The notes: generated by a model not told the origin, from the sequence alone. A stretch of DNA of 64,000 bases from Lama glama (GCA_028534125.1 CM052817.1:5458001-5522000), one strand, 5' to 3'; counted from the first letter of the stretch, positions 1 to 13,755 are shown. A program made the numbers and translations.

Positions 1-1462
1 GCCTGGGCAGAGGGAGGTGGGGGATGATGAAGGCAGAACTTAAAGACGGTGGGGAAGGAACGAAGGGGCTGGAGGGTGGAGAGGACTGTTAGTGTTAAGG
101 AGCTCTGCCTAGGGGAAGTGAGGCCTCCCCAGGTGTGTCCGGGGAGTGGGAGTGGGCCAGAGGTGAGGGGTGCGGGATGCAGGGATGGGTGGAGAGGGGT
201 AGCAAAGGGCGCTGCAAGGGCAGAGGTGAGAGGACACAGCTCCCCTCCCTGGTGAAACGAGCCTCTGTGTGCGGAGAGCCTGGCACGCCCTGGTGGTCTT
301 TCTGAGTTCTCTAACCATCATCATCTCCCTCCATTGTTGCTTCACTAAGCAAATGATAACCAGGTCTTCAGTTGGACTGGGAGCCTCTGGAGAGCAAGAG
401 CTCCCTTCTCTTCATTCCTTACTTGGTGCCCAGCACAGAGAGTGCCTCAGAGGATGTGTAGGTTTGACCACAGCTTGAATAGATGTCAAAAAAAGAACAT
501 GTGTGTGGCTTTTTCAAATGTGTGTGGGTTCAATACGTTTCCCACCCACAATCACAGAAAGTTTGGGACACACACAACTTAGTAGATGGCAGAAAATGGT
601 TAACGTTCTAAGGGGCTTTCAGAAGACGCTAGGCCAGGGTTAGAAAGCAGAGAAGTACCTCTGAGCTCCAAGGCCTAGGACAGTATCTCTGAGAAGGTGA
701 CCTGTGAGCTGGGGACGTGTGGGACAGGTTGGGGAGGAGATGGAAGAGTGGGCACATGTAGACAGAACTGCCCTCATGGACCACACGGTGAGAAGCTCTT
801 CTGGGCCCCACACAACGGTGACACTTGCGATGCGCCATCCCTGCGCCTGGCCAGTATCGAGCGGGCAAGGACGGTCAGGGTGGTGCCCTTGCCCAGACTG
901 AGCCCCGAGGCCTGGTGCCAGTCCGAGCACTGGGAATACCGCTCCTCCGGCTACCGGGCCTCCGTCCCTGTCGTGGTGGATTAGCAAAGGCAGGGCCCTG
1001 AAGTCAGACCGCATGCCAGTACAGTCCTGCCCCTGCCCAGCTCTCGGCACAGCCAGGTGCCCTCCTGCTCTATTTAAACACGAAGGCAGCAGAGGCAGAA
1101 AACAAAGGCTGGTAGAGGCCAGAGAGAGGGGGGCAGGCAGGGAGCACGGCTGAGGCCACCCCGCACACCTCTGCACTCTGGTCACAGTCATCAGGCCGGC
1201 CTGCAGCTCAGAGGAGTGAGGCGGAGCAGTCCGGCCACAGGCAGCCCTGCTGCTCTGCGGGGCTCTGTGTGCTCCCTAAAGCCTGGGTACTCTCACGCTG
1301 ACACTCAGTGTCTTGGAAAGAGGGACTTGGTGGTTGATTGTTGGAGGGCAGATCAAAGGTTTCCAGACAGACACGCCTTGCTAGACACTAGCCTTTGGCT
1401 GTGTTGCTTTTGAGAGCCAAGTTCAGTATGATGTCATCCTTAATGTATTTGTTTCCTTACAG

Positions 1463-1521
1463 TTTGAACAAGAAAATCAGCGCCTAATTGGTGAAATGAA
1501 CAGCCTGTTTGATGAAGTGAG
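1463..1521 (+). CDS. STX18: Syntaxin-18 internal coding exon (FEQENQRLIGEMNSLFDEV-R), start of SNARE motif; upstream exons lie outside the window
   Basis: Acceptor tttccttacAG and donor AG|gtacgc; 59 nt; translation matches the recalled STX18 C-terminal region; phase joins the next exon. Confidence 0.96.
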
Positions 1522-2258
1522 GTACGCACGTGGTTGCTTTGTGAGCTGATGGCCCGGTTTACAACTTCCCCAGAAACTAGGAACTTCATTCATTTACTTC
1601 AGTGCCCAGGCATCCACATGTGGCCCTTGGGAGCCGTTTCGGGGGTCAAGAAGACGGCCCGATTTCACTGACTCCCCTCAACTTGTGGGCCAGTGAGGTA
1701 GCCCCCCGCAGGCTGCCACGAGGCTCCCGGGTGCTGCCGCCCCATCCCAGGGGCTCGGTCAGTGACAGCAGACTACACCACCTGTGATCACCGCCACGTG
1801 GGCGTGGTTTACATTTAACTCCTCTGAGATGAAAGGGGACCTCTAACCTGCTGAGCGGTAACAAAATTGGGTCATCGACATAGTCTGACGTTTTCTTTTG
1901 AATCCCCACCCCATGTCACTGTGGTTGCAGGGACAGAGCTCAGCGTTAGAGGAGGGTTTGCAGCAGGGGCCCCTCAGGTCAGCTTATGCAAGGGGGGAGG
2001 GTGGATTTCCAAACAGTCCAGTGTGCCCCACTAAACTGAGGGACATTAAAAGGGATCTAGTGAGTGGAGTGAACCTTCTCTGCCCGTGTTCTCCTCCCCT
2101 GAGCCTGACACGGTGTCCCCTCCCTCTCTCTTGGATGATGTGGTGTTCCCTCTCCCCTCTGCCTTCACTTAGAAGACATGGTTTCTTTGGAAATGTATGA
2201 CACTGCTGTTAAGATCACCAGGTACTAACAGGTAATGTGTAATCTATTTTTTTTATGA

Positions 2259-2375
<117 letters not shown>

Positions 2376-4419
2376 TAAACTCAGCTCGGGGCATTTCTCC
2401 CGAGGTCGTCCGGCCTCCGCAGCTGGCGCACCCAGTGCCCGGTGCACGCGGGGAGGGCCTCCCAGTCCCGGGAGCAGCCTTGGCAAACGGGAGTGGCTCT
2501 CCACGGGCCCCTGTCCCGTGCAGCAGAGCGCCCAGATGAGGGAAGCAGGCGATCTTGGTTCTGGATGCCCTCGGGGAAGCCGGGCAGCCTCTCTGAGCTA
2601 TGGTTTTTTACCTATAAATTGGAGTGACCCTCGCGTGGTTGTCGTGAGATTCAGAGAAGACCCCCCGGAAAGCACCCAGCTCAGTGCCCAGTGGTAGCAG
2701 CTTTTCAGTCAGTGATGTTACAAGTGCTGACTCGACTGTCTCAAAATACCAGGTCCCTGCCACCTCAGTGTCCTGTCCTCACAGGACACGTGATTGTTCT
2801 TGTGAGCGGATTTTCATGTTATCCAGCCGATAAATGGCCCAAAATTCTAGACACCTGATAAATTTTCCCTTTTGTTTTTAGAATCCACATATTGTGGAAG
2901 AGTTTGAAAGACAAAATCGTTTTTATCCACTGTCCCCTTGGCTTAAGATACTCCACTCACAAAATTTCCCCAAAACTACACAGCCAGAGTCAGTCATTGC
3001 AAATTGGGTATATAGAGCTGTTCGGGTTCGGGGGAGCTGGCCTTTTTGCTAGCACGTGGAAGGAACTAGTCTAGGATGTGTGTGCTGATCTTCACTTAGA
3101 AGCCCGGTGGCCGTCAGTCCAGCCGCCTGACACAAAACCGCTCACATTCTCCCTCTCACAGCGCCCACTTGTCCTTAGAGGCAGCTTGGTGTGGCGAAAG
3201 GAGCCCAGAACCCAGGTGGGGTCAGACACCCCCACCTGGTTCCCCACGGCGCATCCAGCATCCATCGTGTGACCTGCGGCTCTCCTGTGCCCCTCCCCTC
3301 TCTGCAGAAAGGGGCCGAGTCACTCTCAGTCACTCTCTCACTGTCAGGAATTGCCTGGCCTGCCGCAGGCTCCCGATATGGGAACCGTTGTCATTTCTAG
3401 GTGTGGCTGCAGCAGGCCTGGGCAGTGCACAGAGCCACTGGCCAGGGGAACTTGACCATAGTGTGGCTGACGTGCGGTGAAACACTCAGAGGGCTTGGGT
3501 GGCCCAAATGCAGTGAAAGCTGTTTTACTTTTTATAGCCATTGCTTCTGCTCCTACACTGAGCCTGGCCAGTACGGAGTTCTGACTGCCATTCACACTTG
3601 ATTCTTGGTTGGGGGCTGGTTCTCGGTTAGGAAGCCACTGTTCCAGAGTTCCAAACGCGTGCCCGGGCCACAGCTCACAGCTGCACACTGCGTCACACCC
3701 CAGGGCGGACTGCACAGGGACTTGAGGGCACAGGCTGAGCCTTACCTGGCCTCCTAGGAGTTGCCAAGACCTGAGAAGAGTTGAGTCTATCTGGGAGCTT
3801 TCATCCACATTCAACGTGGTTCTTCCCGACGTCTCTCATGGGAGCATTGGCTGTGGTCAGTGAACTCCCACTTGGAGATTCTCCCCAAAAGTGCGGTTAC
3901 AGACAGCAAAGCCATCCCTGGCCCTTCCATCCTTGGACTGTGTGACATCCCCTGCTGCGATCAGGTGGCGAAAGGCTGCTTTCCTCTGTGGTACTGAGTC
4001 AGTCAGGCATCCCTAAAATGTAAGTGCCCACTTACACCCCCTCCCCACCGCCCTGAGGAAGCCGAGATGGGCAGTCCTGCTCCCCAGGCCCCGGCCTTGC
4101 TCACAGCCTGTGCAGCGGTGGTGATTAGCCAGGCGCTCCTTAGGCCAGGATCCCATGTGTAAGCTTTCCAGTCACCTGGAGTAAAATTTTTGGCAAACAT
4201 CCTGCATCCCGTTGTGATTTTTACGCTTTAGCTTTTTTTGAGAGAGAACACAATGATGCGCACCGCACCTTTTGGAAGCCAGCATATGCTTTAAAGCACA
4301 TGCACTTGGAAGCCCCTGGCATGTGGCAGCTGCTCTGTGATCACAGCTCTTATGTGTTTGTCCTGTATGGTCCGGTGAGAAGACAGGAAGCCAGCAAGCG
4401 GGGGAGGGCGCACGGGCAC

Positions 4420-4550
4420 GGGGTCCAGTCCCAGTCCTGCCGCTTGGGTGCTGTGTGACTTAGGGCAAGTTATTAAGCTTCTCTGAGCCTTAAGCTTCCC
4501 TTTTGTAAATGGGAGTGTTGCCTACCTCTCGGGGTGCTGTGAGGATCCAC
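4420..4550 (+). mobile_element. MIR SINE fragment
   Basis: MIR core: tgtgtgacttagggcaagttattaagcttctctgagcct...tgtaaatggg. Confidence 0.7.
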
Positions 4551-4649
4551 GGGGCCTCACCCTCAGTCAGTGGCAGCTGCTGTTTCTATCGTAACAGAGA
4601 CTCGGTGATGGGGCAGCGGCTGAATTTATGTGCCACTTTTCTTCCACAG

Positions 4650-4730
4650 GAAGCCGAGATTGATAATATTCACCAACTAGTAGTTGGAGCAACCGAGAAT
4701 ATCAAGGAGGGCAATGAAGACATCAGAGAG
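4650..4730 (+). CDS. STX18: Syntaxin-18 penultimate coding exon ([27 protein letters not shown])
   Basis: Acceptor ttttcttccacAG, donor GAG|gtgggt; 81 nt, phase 0; contained in ORF 4509..5072. Confidence 0.97.
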
Positions 4731-5256
4731 GTGGGTACCCTCTGGGCCCCGAGTCTGATTTGGAGGGGCACCGAGGCCGGGCGGCAGTGGTCGCCTCGGC
4801 GTCAGGGCTGCCTGAGAGCCCGGCTGGAGCAGAGCCCCAGGGCTGATCTCACAGCTGTGCACTGCTGGTCCCGTTCTGTCCCGCCAAGCTCGGCCCCTGC
4901 AGAGGAGCCAGCTGGGTTGCACGCGGTCACTCTCAGCAAGGGTCAGACCAGCGCCCTAAATGCAGGGCAGGTGCCACTGGAGAAACTTGTTGGACCAGCA
5001 CCAAGGACCAGAGCCCTGGTCACTGTTCACGGGGCCTCCACAGTTGACTCTGCCATGGCCTTTGTTTTCTGAATGCGGTCCTCGGGTTTGGGTGGCCGTA
5101 GGACCATTTGTGGACGCCCTGTCACTGCACTGCTAGGAGACATAAGCCAGGGTAGGAGACACGGTGCTCTGAGCCTGCCTGCGGGGTCTGGACCCTGGGG
5201 CCGACAGGAGCTGTTTCTCCTGGGAGAACTGTGCAAAATTTCCAAAGAACAGCTAA

Positions 5257-5517
<261 letters not shown>

Positions 5518-6326
5518 CCTGCCCCGGCGGCGCGGCGCGGTCCCAGTCCTGGCCTCAGACTGGGGGGCGGGGGGACACACTCACAAAAGGGACACCCGGA
5601 CCTGTGCACCCAGACTGTGCCCATCTAGTAGCTGAGAAAGAAAACGACACAGTTGGAAGTGGGCTGCGTCACAGTCCTGAGGCCACAGGGGAGAAATGGG
5701 AGGGTGGCTATCGCTGCACCTGACCCAAGGCTGCGGTGGGGGCCGCCCCGGGAGGGGAGGGCAGGCCAGGCCCGGCTCCGCCAGCGTCTCAGGAGGCGCC
5801 AGCCTTTCCCTCCTGGTGGCCGCAGGAACAGTGCTGGTCAGTGCCTTCTCACAGCAGATGATCATTTCTTTGTTCCCCGCGGCTTTTTGTCTGTCTGAGC
5901 CAACCAACACACAGATTCGGTGTGCAGTCCATGAGAAAACCCCCCTCTGCCTTGTGACTCCCGTAAACACCGTTAAGTCAGCGCGTGCACACCTGCCTCC
6001 TGCCCAGGGAGGGAGCGTGGGGCAGGCCTCTGGGCCGCGGCCCGGCTTGCCCAGAACTGCTGCCCCGGCACTCTCCTGCCTGGTGGGCAGGCGGCGGGAG
6101 GACCTGTCTCTCTGCCACTGGGGCCCACGAGCTTTTGTCCAGAGGGCCTGCTGCTCCCCGCCTCTCCCTGAGCCCCAGGAATCCGGAACGCCTGCTTGGA
6201 CTTCGAAGCACGGACGCCCGCGGCCACATCTGCGCAGAAAGCGTCCGGTGTAGGCGGGGCCGGCAGCGTGGGTGCGAGGGCTCCGCGCTGCACAGACAGT
6301 CCGGGGGCACAGGGATCCTCGTGTTC

Positions 6327-6332
6327 TTTATT
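6327..6332 (-). terminator. Distal polyadenylation signal AATAAA for NSG1
   Basis: TTTATT on + strand at the edge of the AT-richer UTR block, ~1.58 kb past the NSG1 stop. Confidence 0.65.
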
Positions 6333-6378
6333 TGCAGAGTGAAAATGTGGAAAGTTACATGTGAATGAGTTTACAGTC

Positions 6379-6384
6379 AATAAA
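6379..6384 (+). terminator. Polyadenylation signal AATAAA for STX18
   Basis: First canonical hexamer seen downstream of the STX18 stop (cagtcAATAAAatac). Confidence 0.75.
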
Positions 6385-7909
6385 ATACACGTCTACTAGA
6401 AAGTACAAATAGGGTTGCCTTGGCACTGCGTTTACATGGGCTGGAACTGCTGACAGATAACCTCTACGCAGCAGACATTTTGGCGCGTAGTTATTGCTCT
6501 TTGTGCACCCCCACAGCGTCACGACGTCCTTCGCGGCTGCGACTGTAACGCACACCCACTGCCCTGAGGTCATGGCCATTGTTTCCAAACACCCCTGACA
6601 ATGACATCTACTGTCTGTTTCAGAAGTGCACTTCAGGGAACAGTAAGGGAGTTGGCCGTGACCACCATGCTTGTTCGCCACAGATCTTGCACTAATTGTC
6701 ATTTATTTTTGATCTACTAAAAAAACAGTGAAACTTGTGACATGTCCACCAGAAGCAACACAGTCAAATAACATGGAAGAAAATGTGAATTTTTTTTTCT
6801 ATTTAATCGTCTTACACACTTAGTTCATCTAACTGGCAAGTTTGTAAACATACACTTTAATGTCAAGATTCAGACTGAAACGTAATTGTCTTACAGAGAC
6901 TGTGAATGTAAATGTCACAGTTGGACTCATAAGGTGCCCCGCCAGCCCCCCTCCCAGCCTTTCCTGCCTGCTTCTTACATCAAAGGAGTGACATCTGTCC
7001 CACAGAATAAACACCTAAAGTAGCCTTGGCTTACCAGCAATCACTTTCACGTTCCCCGCCCAGCTAACTGATTTAAAACTAATTGCTAATACGGCTGTCG
7101 ATGCAAATGTATTTAATAACCAATGTGAACAGAAGGGCTGGTGGGTTTCATTCCTACACAGCACATCACAGAGCAAACGGACGCTGGCAGGGGGCCGGTT
7201 CTGCAGCCTGTGGCCCAGGGTCCCCACCTCACATGCCCTGACCCAGACCACAAGCACCAAGGGAAACACGGCCGCCTCTGCCCAGCGGGCCCTCTGGGCT
7301 GAGATGCAGCCTCCGCCCAAGCAGCCCTGCTGCAGCCCCTGCACGCTCAGAATGAGCACGGGGAAGGTCAGGGTGCAGCTGTGACCCGCCGGCGTCTTTC
7401 CTTCCTTCCCTATGCCACTCATTATAGCACATCCTGACCATCAGCACTATTGCCCTGGATGGGAGGTGGGAAGAAATGAGAAGGACAGCTTGCTCTCAGC
7501 AAAGCAAGGGCTTACTCTAGATATGGCTGTGGAGTAAGGTCTGCAAACAGCAAGTGGTTTAAAAAACAATCAGTCCCACAAAATGCATTATTTATCTGAA
7601 GTCCAAACCCCTTGCATATCCAGTGTAAATTTATTTTTTGATAGCATCCAATAAATCCCAGTCAAGTTGCTAAATTAAGATTCCTTTACATGGAAACTGG
7701 TGTCAGAGCTCTTTAAGCAATGCTGATAGCGCTTGATTCTATGCCCGTGGTGGCCTGCAGCAAGTTTGATTTTAAAGCAGCATCAGCAAACAGAAGCAGT
7801 TGCACCATAAATGAGTCGCCTCTAAATTATCAGGAATTATATTTAATGAAATGTCCCTCAAAGTCCCTTTGTTACCTTCAAGTGACATTGCAGGGAACTC
7901 GCCATCTCG

Positions 7910-8110
7910 CTAAGCGGATTTCTCAGCAGCCTCAGTCTCCTGCTCTGAGAGCTTCTCTTCCGACAGAACTGACATCCATGGCGATACCGAGCGGGTGATG
8001 CTCTGCTTGGCCAAGTTGTAGTGGTTTATGACGGTGTAAAATTTCTCCCGGGCGTTGGAGTCTTGCTCCGCATAGTAGCTCTCCAAGCCTTCTGGGATGC
8101 ACTGGGTGTT
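7910..8110 (-). CDS. NSG1: NSG1/NEEP21 last coding exon ([66 protein letters not shown])
   Basis: Hand translation of the minus strand; acceptor tgtctttcAG; 201 nt including TAG; missed by the ORF track because it has no start codon. Confidence 0.97.
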   Translation of the reverse strand, partial: NTQCIPEGLESYYAEQDSNAREKFYTVINHYNLAKQSITRSVSPWMSVLSEEKLSEQETEAAEKSA

Positions 8111-11100
8111 CTGAAAGACAAGAGGCCGCTAAGACGCACACGCCGATGCAGGAGGGACGCCCAGGTGTCTCCATTAGCACCCAACCTGTCGTCACTGCGC
8201 ACCTCCCTGGGCTTGGAGGAGATTCGGTGATGAGTCAGTGCTGACGGCCCGGTGCTGACTACATGGTGACAGGAGGGATGTCTGTGACAGGGCCGTGGCG
8301 GTGGGACTTGCACAGCGGGCCTTCCTGCTTCACTCATGATCTTACACTAGCTGTCATTTGTTTTACATCTACTAGAAAACAATGGGAATTCTTATGTGTC
8401 CACCAAAAACAATGTATTCAAATAAGGAAGGAAGGGAATCCAAAAAGTCTTCCTGGCGGCTGGGTCAGTGGGGGAGGGGGAGGGGGCACACTTGAGGCAA
8501 AGATGGGCCTTCAGGGCGGGAGGACGGATGCAGGCTGGAGCAGAGGGCAAGGAGCCGCAGGACGAAAACGCTGGGAAGGAGGCAAGGGTCGGGGCCTCTA
8601 GGGAGTTGTGTGACCCTGGCTCCCGAGCCCAGCAGGAGGCCACGAGGCCCCCATGAAGGCACGCTGAGTGGGGGACCGTCCCAGCAGCTGTCCACAAGGG
8701 ACAAGGCGCCTTCCCTACTGACCACGGGACCCTGGGGAGGCTGGGGGTGTGGAGATCCGTTCACAGCTCTCATCTGCTCGTTGGGGGCATAGGGCCCCAA
8801 GAAAGACAGGCTGCCTTTCCTTGTCACTCCAGGAGCCAGGCTATGCCACTGCCCACCGCTGTCTCCACACGTCCCTCACCAAGCCCACGAGGAAGGGGTG
8901 GCGGGCTCCCAGCTGTCCCCTACCACCCACTCTCCCAGAGGTAAGTGGGCACATGGCACCCAGCTCAGCCCTCCTGGTAGCCAGCTGAGGCCATGGAACT
9001 AACTTCTGGCCAATTGGATGTGGCAGCAGGTTCAGGGGGCCCCCAGCAGGGAGGCCGCCTGCCCTCCCTGCTCCCATGGGCCCCCTCAGTGGCTTTGACC
9101 ACCCGGGGAGGGCCAACTCCCCGGGGACTGGCCACACAGCACAAGACAGAATGGGGGCTCCACGGTGACCTCACGGAGCACCACTGTCTTCCAGCTGGGG
9201 CTTTAATGAGCCCATCTCATCTCACAGAAGCCACATTACTTGTGTCTCTAGGCAATCGAAGTGTTATGGGAACGCCAGGGTCTCCTTGTCACATGTGAAG
9301 GGAGACTGCAGTGAAGATGGTCACCAGGAAAAGTTGTGAACCCCCAGATTCCCAGCCCCACCTGCGAGGTCCGGCCCAGCACCACTGAGCAGCGTCTCAG
9401 CCACGGCCACCCTGCTGGCAGGTGCACAGCTGGGATTCCACCCACTCCCAGGCCCTAGTAAGAAACCCGCTGCTCAGAGCGCTCCTGGACCTGCCGTGGA
9501 CAGGCCCAGCGTGGGGACTGTGCCCGGTCTCTGCTGATCCCTGGGCTGGCTGGTGGTGGCTGCCCCCACGAATATGGGCACTGGCCCGGGACACACAGGG
9601 GACCCTCCTCTGGGAGCCTCGTCCCTGCCCGACCCAGGTTTCCTCAGGCTCCCGAAGCTGAAGGCAGGTTAGCTCTGCCCCACCCCCATCAGAGGGCTGC
9701 TCCCTGGGGTCTTCCTGCAGACCCGAGACCCATCACCATGTCCCAGCCCTGCGACGACGCCGGTGGCCAAGTGCCTTCCAGACACAATCTCTCTCTCTCT
9801 GAGCTGGCTTCCGTTAGTCCTGTTCCATTGACGTGGCATGTGAGACCAAGAGAGGTGAAGGGACCACAGGGCAGCGTGGGGACCGAGCAGCAGCCTGGGC
9901 CTCCACTCAGAGCACTCCAGACGCCCCCTGCAAAGCTGCCAACAGGTGACCGCTCAGCCCAAAGGCAGAACAGTGAGAAACAAGGCAGTGTGCTCCCCGC
10001 ACTGGGCAGGACTGTACCCCGGCAGCCTCAGGTTCAGCCCGTGTTCATCAGGTCCCAGCCCAGGGCACCCGGTCCCAACTCGGCCCTCAGCATCCTCAGA
10101 GGTGGAGGTGGTGGCACCCCGTCTGCAGGGCTTGGGGGTTGGAGGGCCTGCCCAGTAGGAGCTGCTGCGGCAGGAACCAGCTGAGCCTGGGGAACACCTT
10201 CAGGAGGCCCTCTCTGGGCACCAGGCAGTAAGGTCACCCTCTGAACCCAGAGGCCCTCCTGGGGTGCAGGTCCTTCTGACGCTGCCTGGCTGCTGCCTGA
10301 TGTCCGCACAGGGCTGAACAGGTGATTTGTGGAGAGAGAGAAAGGACCACATCTTGGTCTTAGAAAAGCTCCTATTTGAACCAATTTCGAGGCCTGACCA
10401 AGTGTGACCCAGGGGTGTTGTTCCATCTATAAGTGACTGAACCCCCTGGCCACCCGGACAGTTCTAACAGGACACCGAGAAGTAGTATCAGCCTGAGGTT
10501 AACAGGTGTGGCTGGAGGACAGGCTCTCCCACAGGTGAGCTGCCATCAGGCGCAGGAGTCACTCGTGCCAGTCCTGGGTCAGGTGCCAGGGGACTGCAGG
10601 CCCTGCGGAACCTGGCTCTGCCCGCCCTGTGGCCTTCACTCAGGACCCAGGCTCTGCTGCTCTCGGTGGGGTGTGGAGGTCTGGCCTCTCGGCAGAAGGA
10701 AGACGGTGCCACCCAGCTTGGCAGAGGCGATGGCATCGGGCCTGGTCCAGTGCCTGGACCACAAAGCTGCCCCTTCATCACTGCCGGGCCAGGAAGACGG
10801 AAGGGGTGGAGGAGGAGGCGGGTTTGGGGGCAGGGGGTTAGGGATCTGGCAGCCTGTTCCTCAAGCCGGGGGTGGGGCGGGGGGCATGGCCCAGGCAGGT
10901 GCCATGGGGGTTCCCCTGTTGGGGCTGCTGGAGCCCCTGCCTCTCAGAGACGTGTGGCTCACTGCTGCTGCTTTAGTGAGGATGGAAGGGAAACTATAAC
11001 AAACGCACACCTGACACCACCCTGCCCCACGGAGGACCGGGCTGCTTCTTACCAGCTCACTGACCCTGAAATGTAAGGACTAGAAACACCTGCCAGCCCC

Positions 11101-13755
11101 CCGGGTGCACAAAGAGCTGTTTCCAGAAGAGAAATGGCAAAGGAAGGCCGCGTGTTTACGGCCAGCTCTGCCTGGTGCAGAATCTCAGTGGCTGAGGCCG
11201 CAGGAGCAGGCGCTGTGGGAAGAGCTCAGCCGGGGAGCCAGGCCCACGCTGCTGGCTGAGTTCACATCTCTGAGCCTCAGTTCCCTTGTCTGTAAAATGG
11301 GGCTGCTGAGTCCCCACCCAGGGGGCTGAAGTCAGGGTAGCACAGCAGACAGAAAAGCCGAAAAGCCGCAAGGGGCACCGCTGGGGGATGCCCTTCTCTC
11401 ATCAGGTCTTGACCCCAGACTCATCAGGGCACTGAGAGGCGAGGCCACTCTGTGGGGCCAAACCGTTCGTTCAGCCCAGGGCCCCTGGCTGGCAGGCTGG
11501 CTGCCACCCTCCTCCCCGACCTGCACTGCTGCCTCCCTGCCCTCTGTCCTCGCCACCCATCAGTCACCAGCACAGGGTCTGGCAAGACCTTTGAGGCCAC
11601 CAACACCTGCTGTGCAGTGCCTCTGCTCCCGGCTGGGACAGGCCTCCAGGTGCCCAGGCCAGAGAGCACAGACGGTCCGCCGCCGCCCGCACAGCGACGC
11701 CACACGACGGGGATGCTGGGGCGCCCCCGTGGGTGGGGCGCTGGCGGCCAGCACGGCCCCAGGGCTAAGGAAGACTTCTGAGGGGCACGTGTCACCTGCA
11801 GGTGAGCTGAGGGAGGCCGCTGAGCCTCTCTGCACCTCGTCCCTCCGCCACGATGCGAAGTGTTAGCTGGACGGGAAGGGGAGTCCGGGACAGCGTGTCC
11901 CAGCAGCCCTGGCCGTGGAATGCCCCACGCGGGCTCCCCGCGAGGGAGGCGGTCTGCAAGGCGCACCCAAACGCGAAACCCCTGTGGGGCCTGGGGCGGT
12001 TCCCACTGGGTTTAGGACCTTTCTGCAGCAGTCGTATAGTGACTTAACGGTTAAAAAAACAGAAAGGCAGAAACCTGGTGTCCTCCCAGCCCACACCTGC
12101 CATTTTAAATCCCCTTGGGACACTCTTCAGCTTGGGGCCACCTGGGAGAGGCTGGTCCCCGCCCCTCTGTGCAGCCCAGAAGCTCGGGCACCTGTGCCCC
12201 CCAGCCCATCCCGTGGGGCCCCCTCGGGGCCGGGGTCAGCACAAGCCTGGCCCACAGCAGGTCCGCAGCAGCCCCCCCTCCACATTCAGATCTCAGCCCA
12301 GGTGAGCCCTGTGCTCCCCGCAAAGAGCTGGCCGCAGGCACTCAGTCACCCTGCGTTTCTCCCTTGTGGACTCCTGGCAGCATCCAGTAGCGTCTGGACA
12401 TCTGTCTGCCGGCTCGCCGCTTGTCGCCTCTGCTAGAACATAAGCCCCGGGGGCAGGCACCTGCCAGCACCCCGCCCTGCACACAGTGGGTGGCACTTAG
12501 TAAACATACACTGAAGAATGAAGTGCAGGGGGTGGCCTCGGGCACGACAGTGTCTCTACTCAATCTCCCGTTGGTCAAGTGGGGTCTAACGGCATCTACC
12601 CTACAGGGGCTTGGGGGGCATCAGAGATCTTCGTTAAAAGCCCCTTGTGAACTGCTGGGTATCAGCATGTGATGTGCACACAAACCTGCAGGAAAGAGGG
12701 AGGAAGGGCGCGCACACATTTCCTCTCTCCAGCCTCAGCCTCAGGGCAGCTGGACACAGACCAGCAGCTCCCCGGCCCTGCCAGCGGTGCTCTCCAGGAA
12801 GGACGCCCGCCATGAGATGCCAGTAGAAAAGGCCCAAGTCCCAAGAGACGCTTCTCCAGAACCATCTACCAGGGGCTCCAAGTTCCCGAGGCTGGCTGTG
12901 CACTCCACCCGCTGCAGAGCCTTTCAGCCGTGCAACGCCCGCCCCCCCAGCGCTGCTGCGAGAAGGACCAGGCCTCTCCTCCCCGACTCCACCTGGACCA
13001 GGTTATCCAGCAGAACCTGCCCCGGCAGGATGTGCACGCAGAAGGCAGTTTTGTCTGCCCACCCGCCTCTCCATGCAGGGAACTAGCCCCAGGCGGACGC
13101 AGAGAAAATGAGCCAAAAGGAAAGGCCGGCCCCTGCTGGCGGAGCCGTGGTCACAGCTACTTGTGTGCAGTCTGTCCAGACGGGACTCTAGTCCCCAGGA
13201 AACCGTCCTCTGTGCACCCAGGTTCCATCAGGGCACAGCTCCTGCGTCACCTTGGCTCCCACTCCCTGACCTCAGGTCCTCCCCTCCTGCCCCGCCTCTG
13301 TCCCCCAGATTCACTCCCTCTCCATCCCCAGCACCCAGACTGGTCCAGACCCACATCTCCTCCCTGATGCCCTCCTGGGCCGTCTCACTGCCTCCTGTCA
13401 CTCCCATTCAAACTGCAGCCTCCCCGGCCACCCGAGTGACCATTCCATCACTCCTGCTCCTCCAGGGGCCTTTGCTGGCCACAGTCTGGCCACAGCCAGC
13501 TCCTCCCTGAGGCAGAACACACATGGGCCACTTGACCACACCCTGCAGACCAGGGACACAGTCCCCAATCCCCACGTGGTTACACAGGCCTTCTTCTCCC
13601 AGGGCCTCTGCTTCCCCCTCACTCACTGCCCCTCAGAGAATGTGCTGGGCCTGCTGGACAGGAGCCTCCCTCCCACAGACCCCATCGCATCGCCCCCTCC
13701 CTTCCCTGCCGGCCAGGCCCCTCACTGGCCCGGCTACTCTGGTGTCTGTCCCTCA

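Larger units (their letters stand above)
5518..6405 (+). other. STX18: STX18 3'UTR (end approximate)
   Basis: Follows the stop codon up to the first AATAAA at 6379-6384. Confidence 0.75.
6305..7909 (-). other. NSG1: NSG1 3'UTR (end approximate)
   Basis: Downstream of the NSG1 TAG; no recognisable repeats; AT-rich patches; minus-strand AATAAA at 7630-7635, 6702-6707 and 6327-6332. Confidence 0.7.

Noticed and set aside
4995..5016. REST/RE1-like strings (cagcaccaaggaccagagcc; also ~9377 cagcaccactgagcagcg)
   Set aside because: Right half-site and spacing do not fit the canonical CAGCACCnnGGACAG; no convincing RE1 found by eye
6623..6634. 12-bp palindrome GAAGTGCACTTC in the NSG1 3'UTR
   Set aside because: Several 12-bp palindromes are expected by chance in 64 kb
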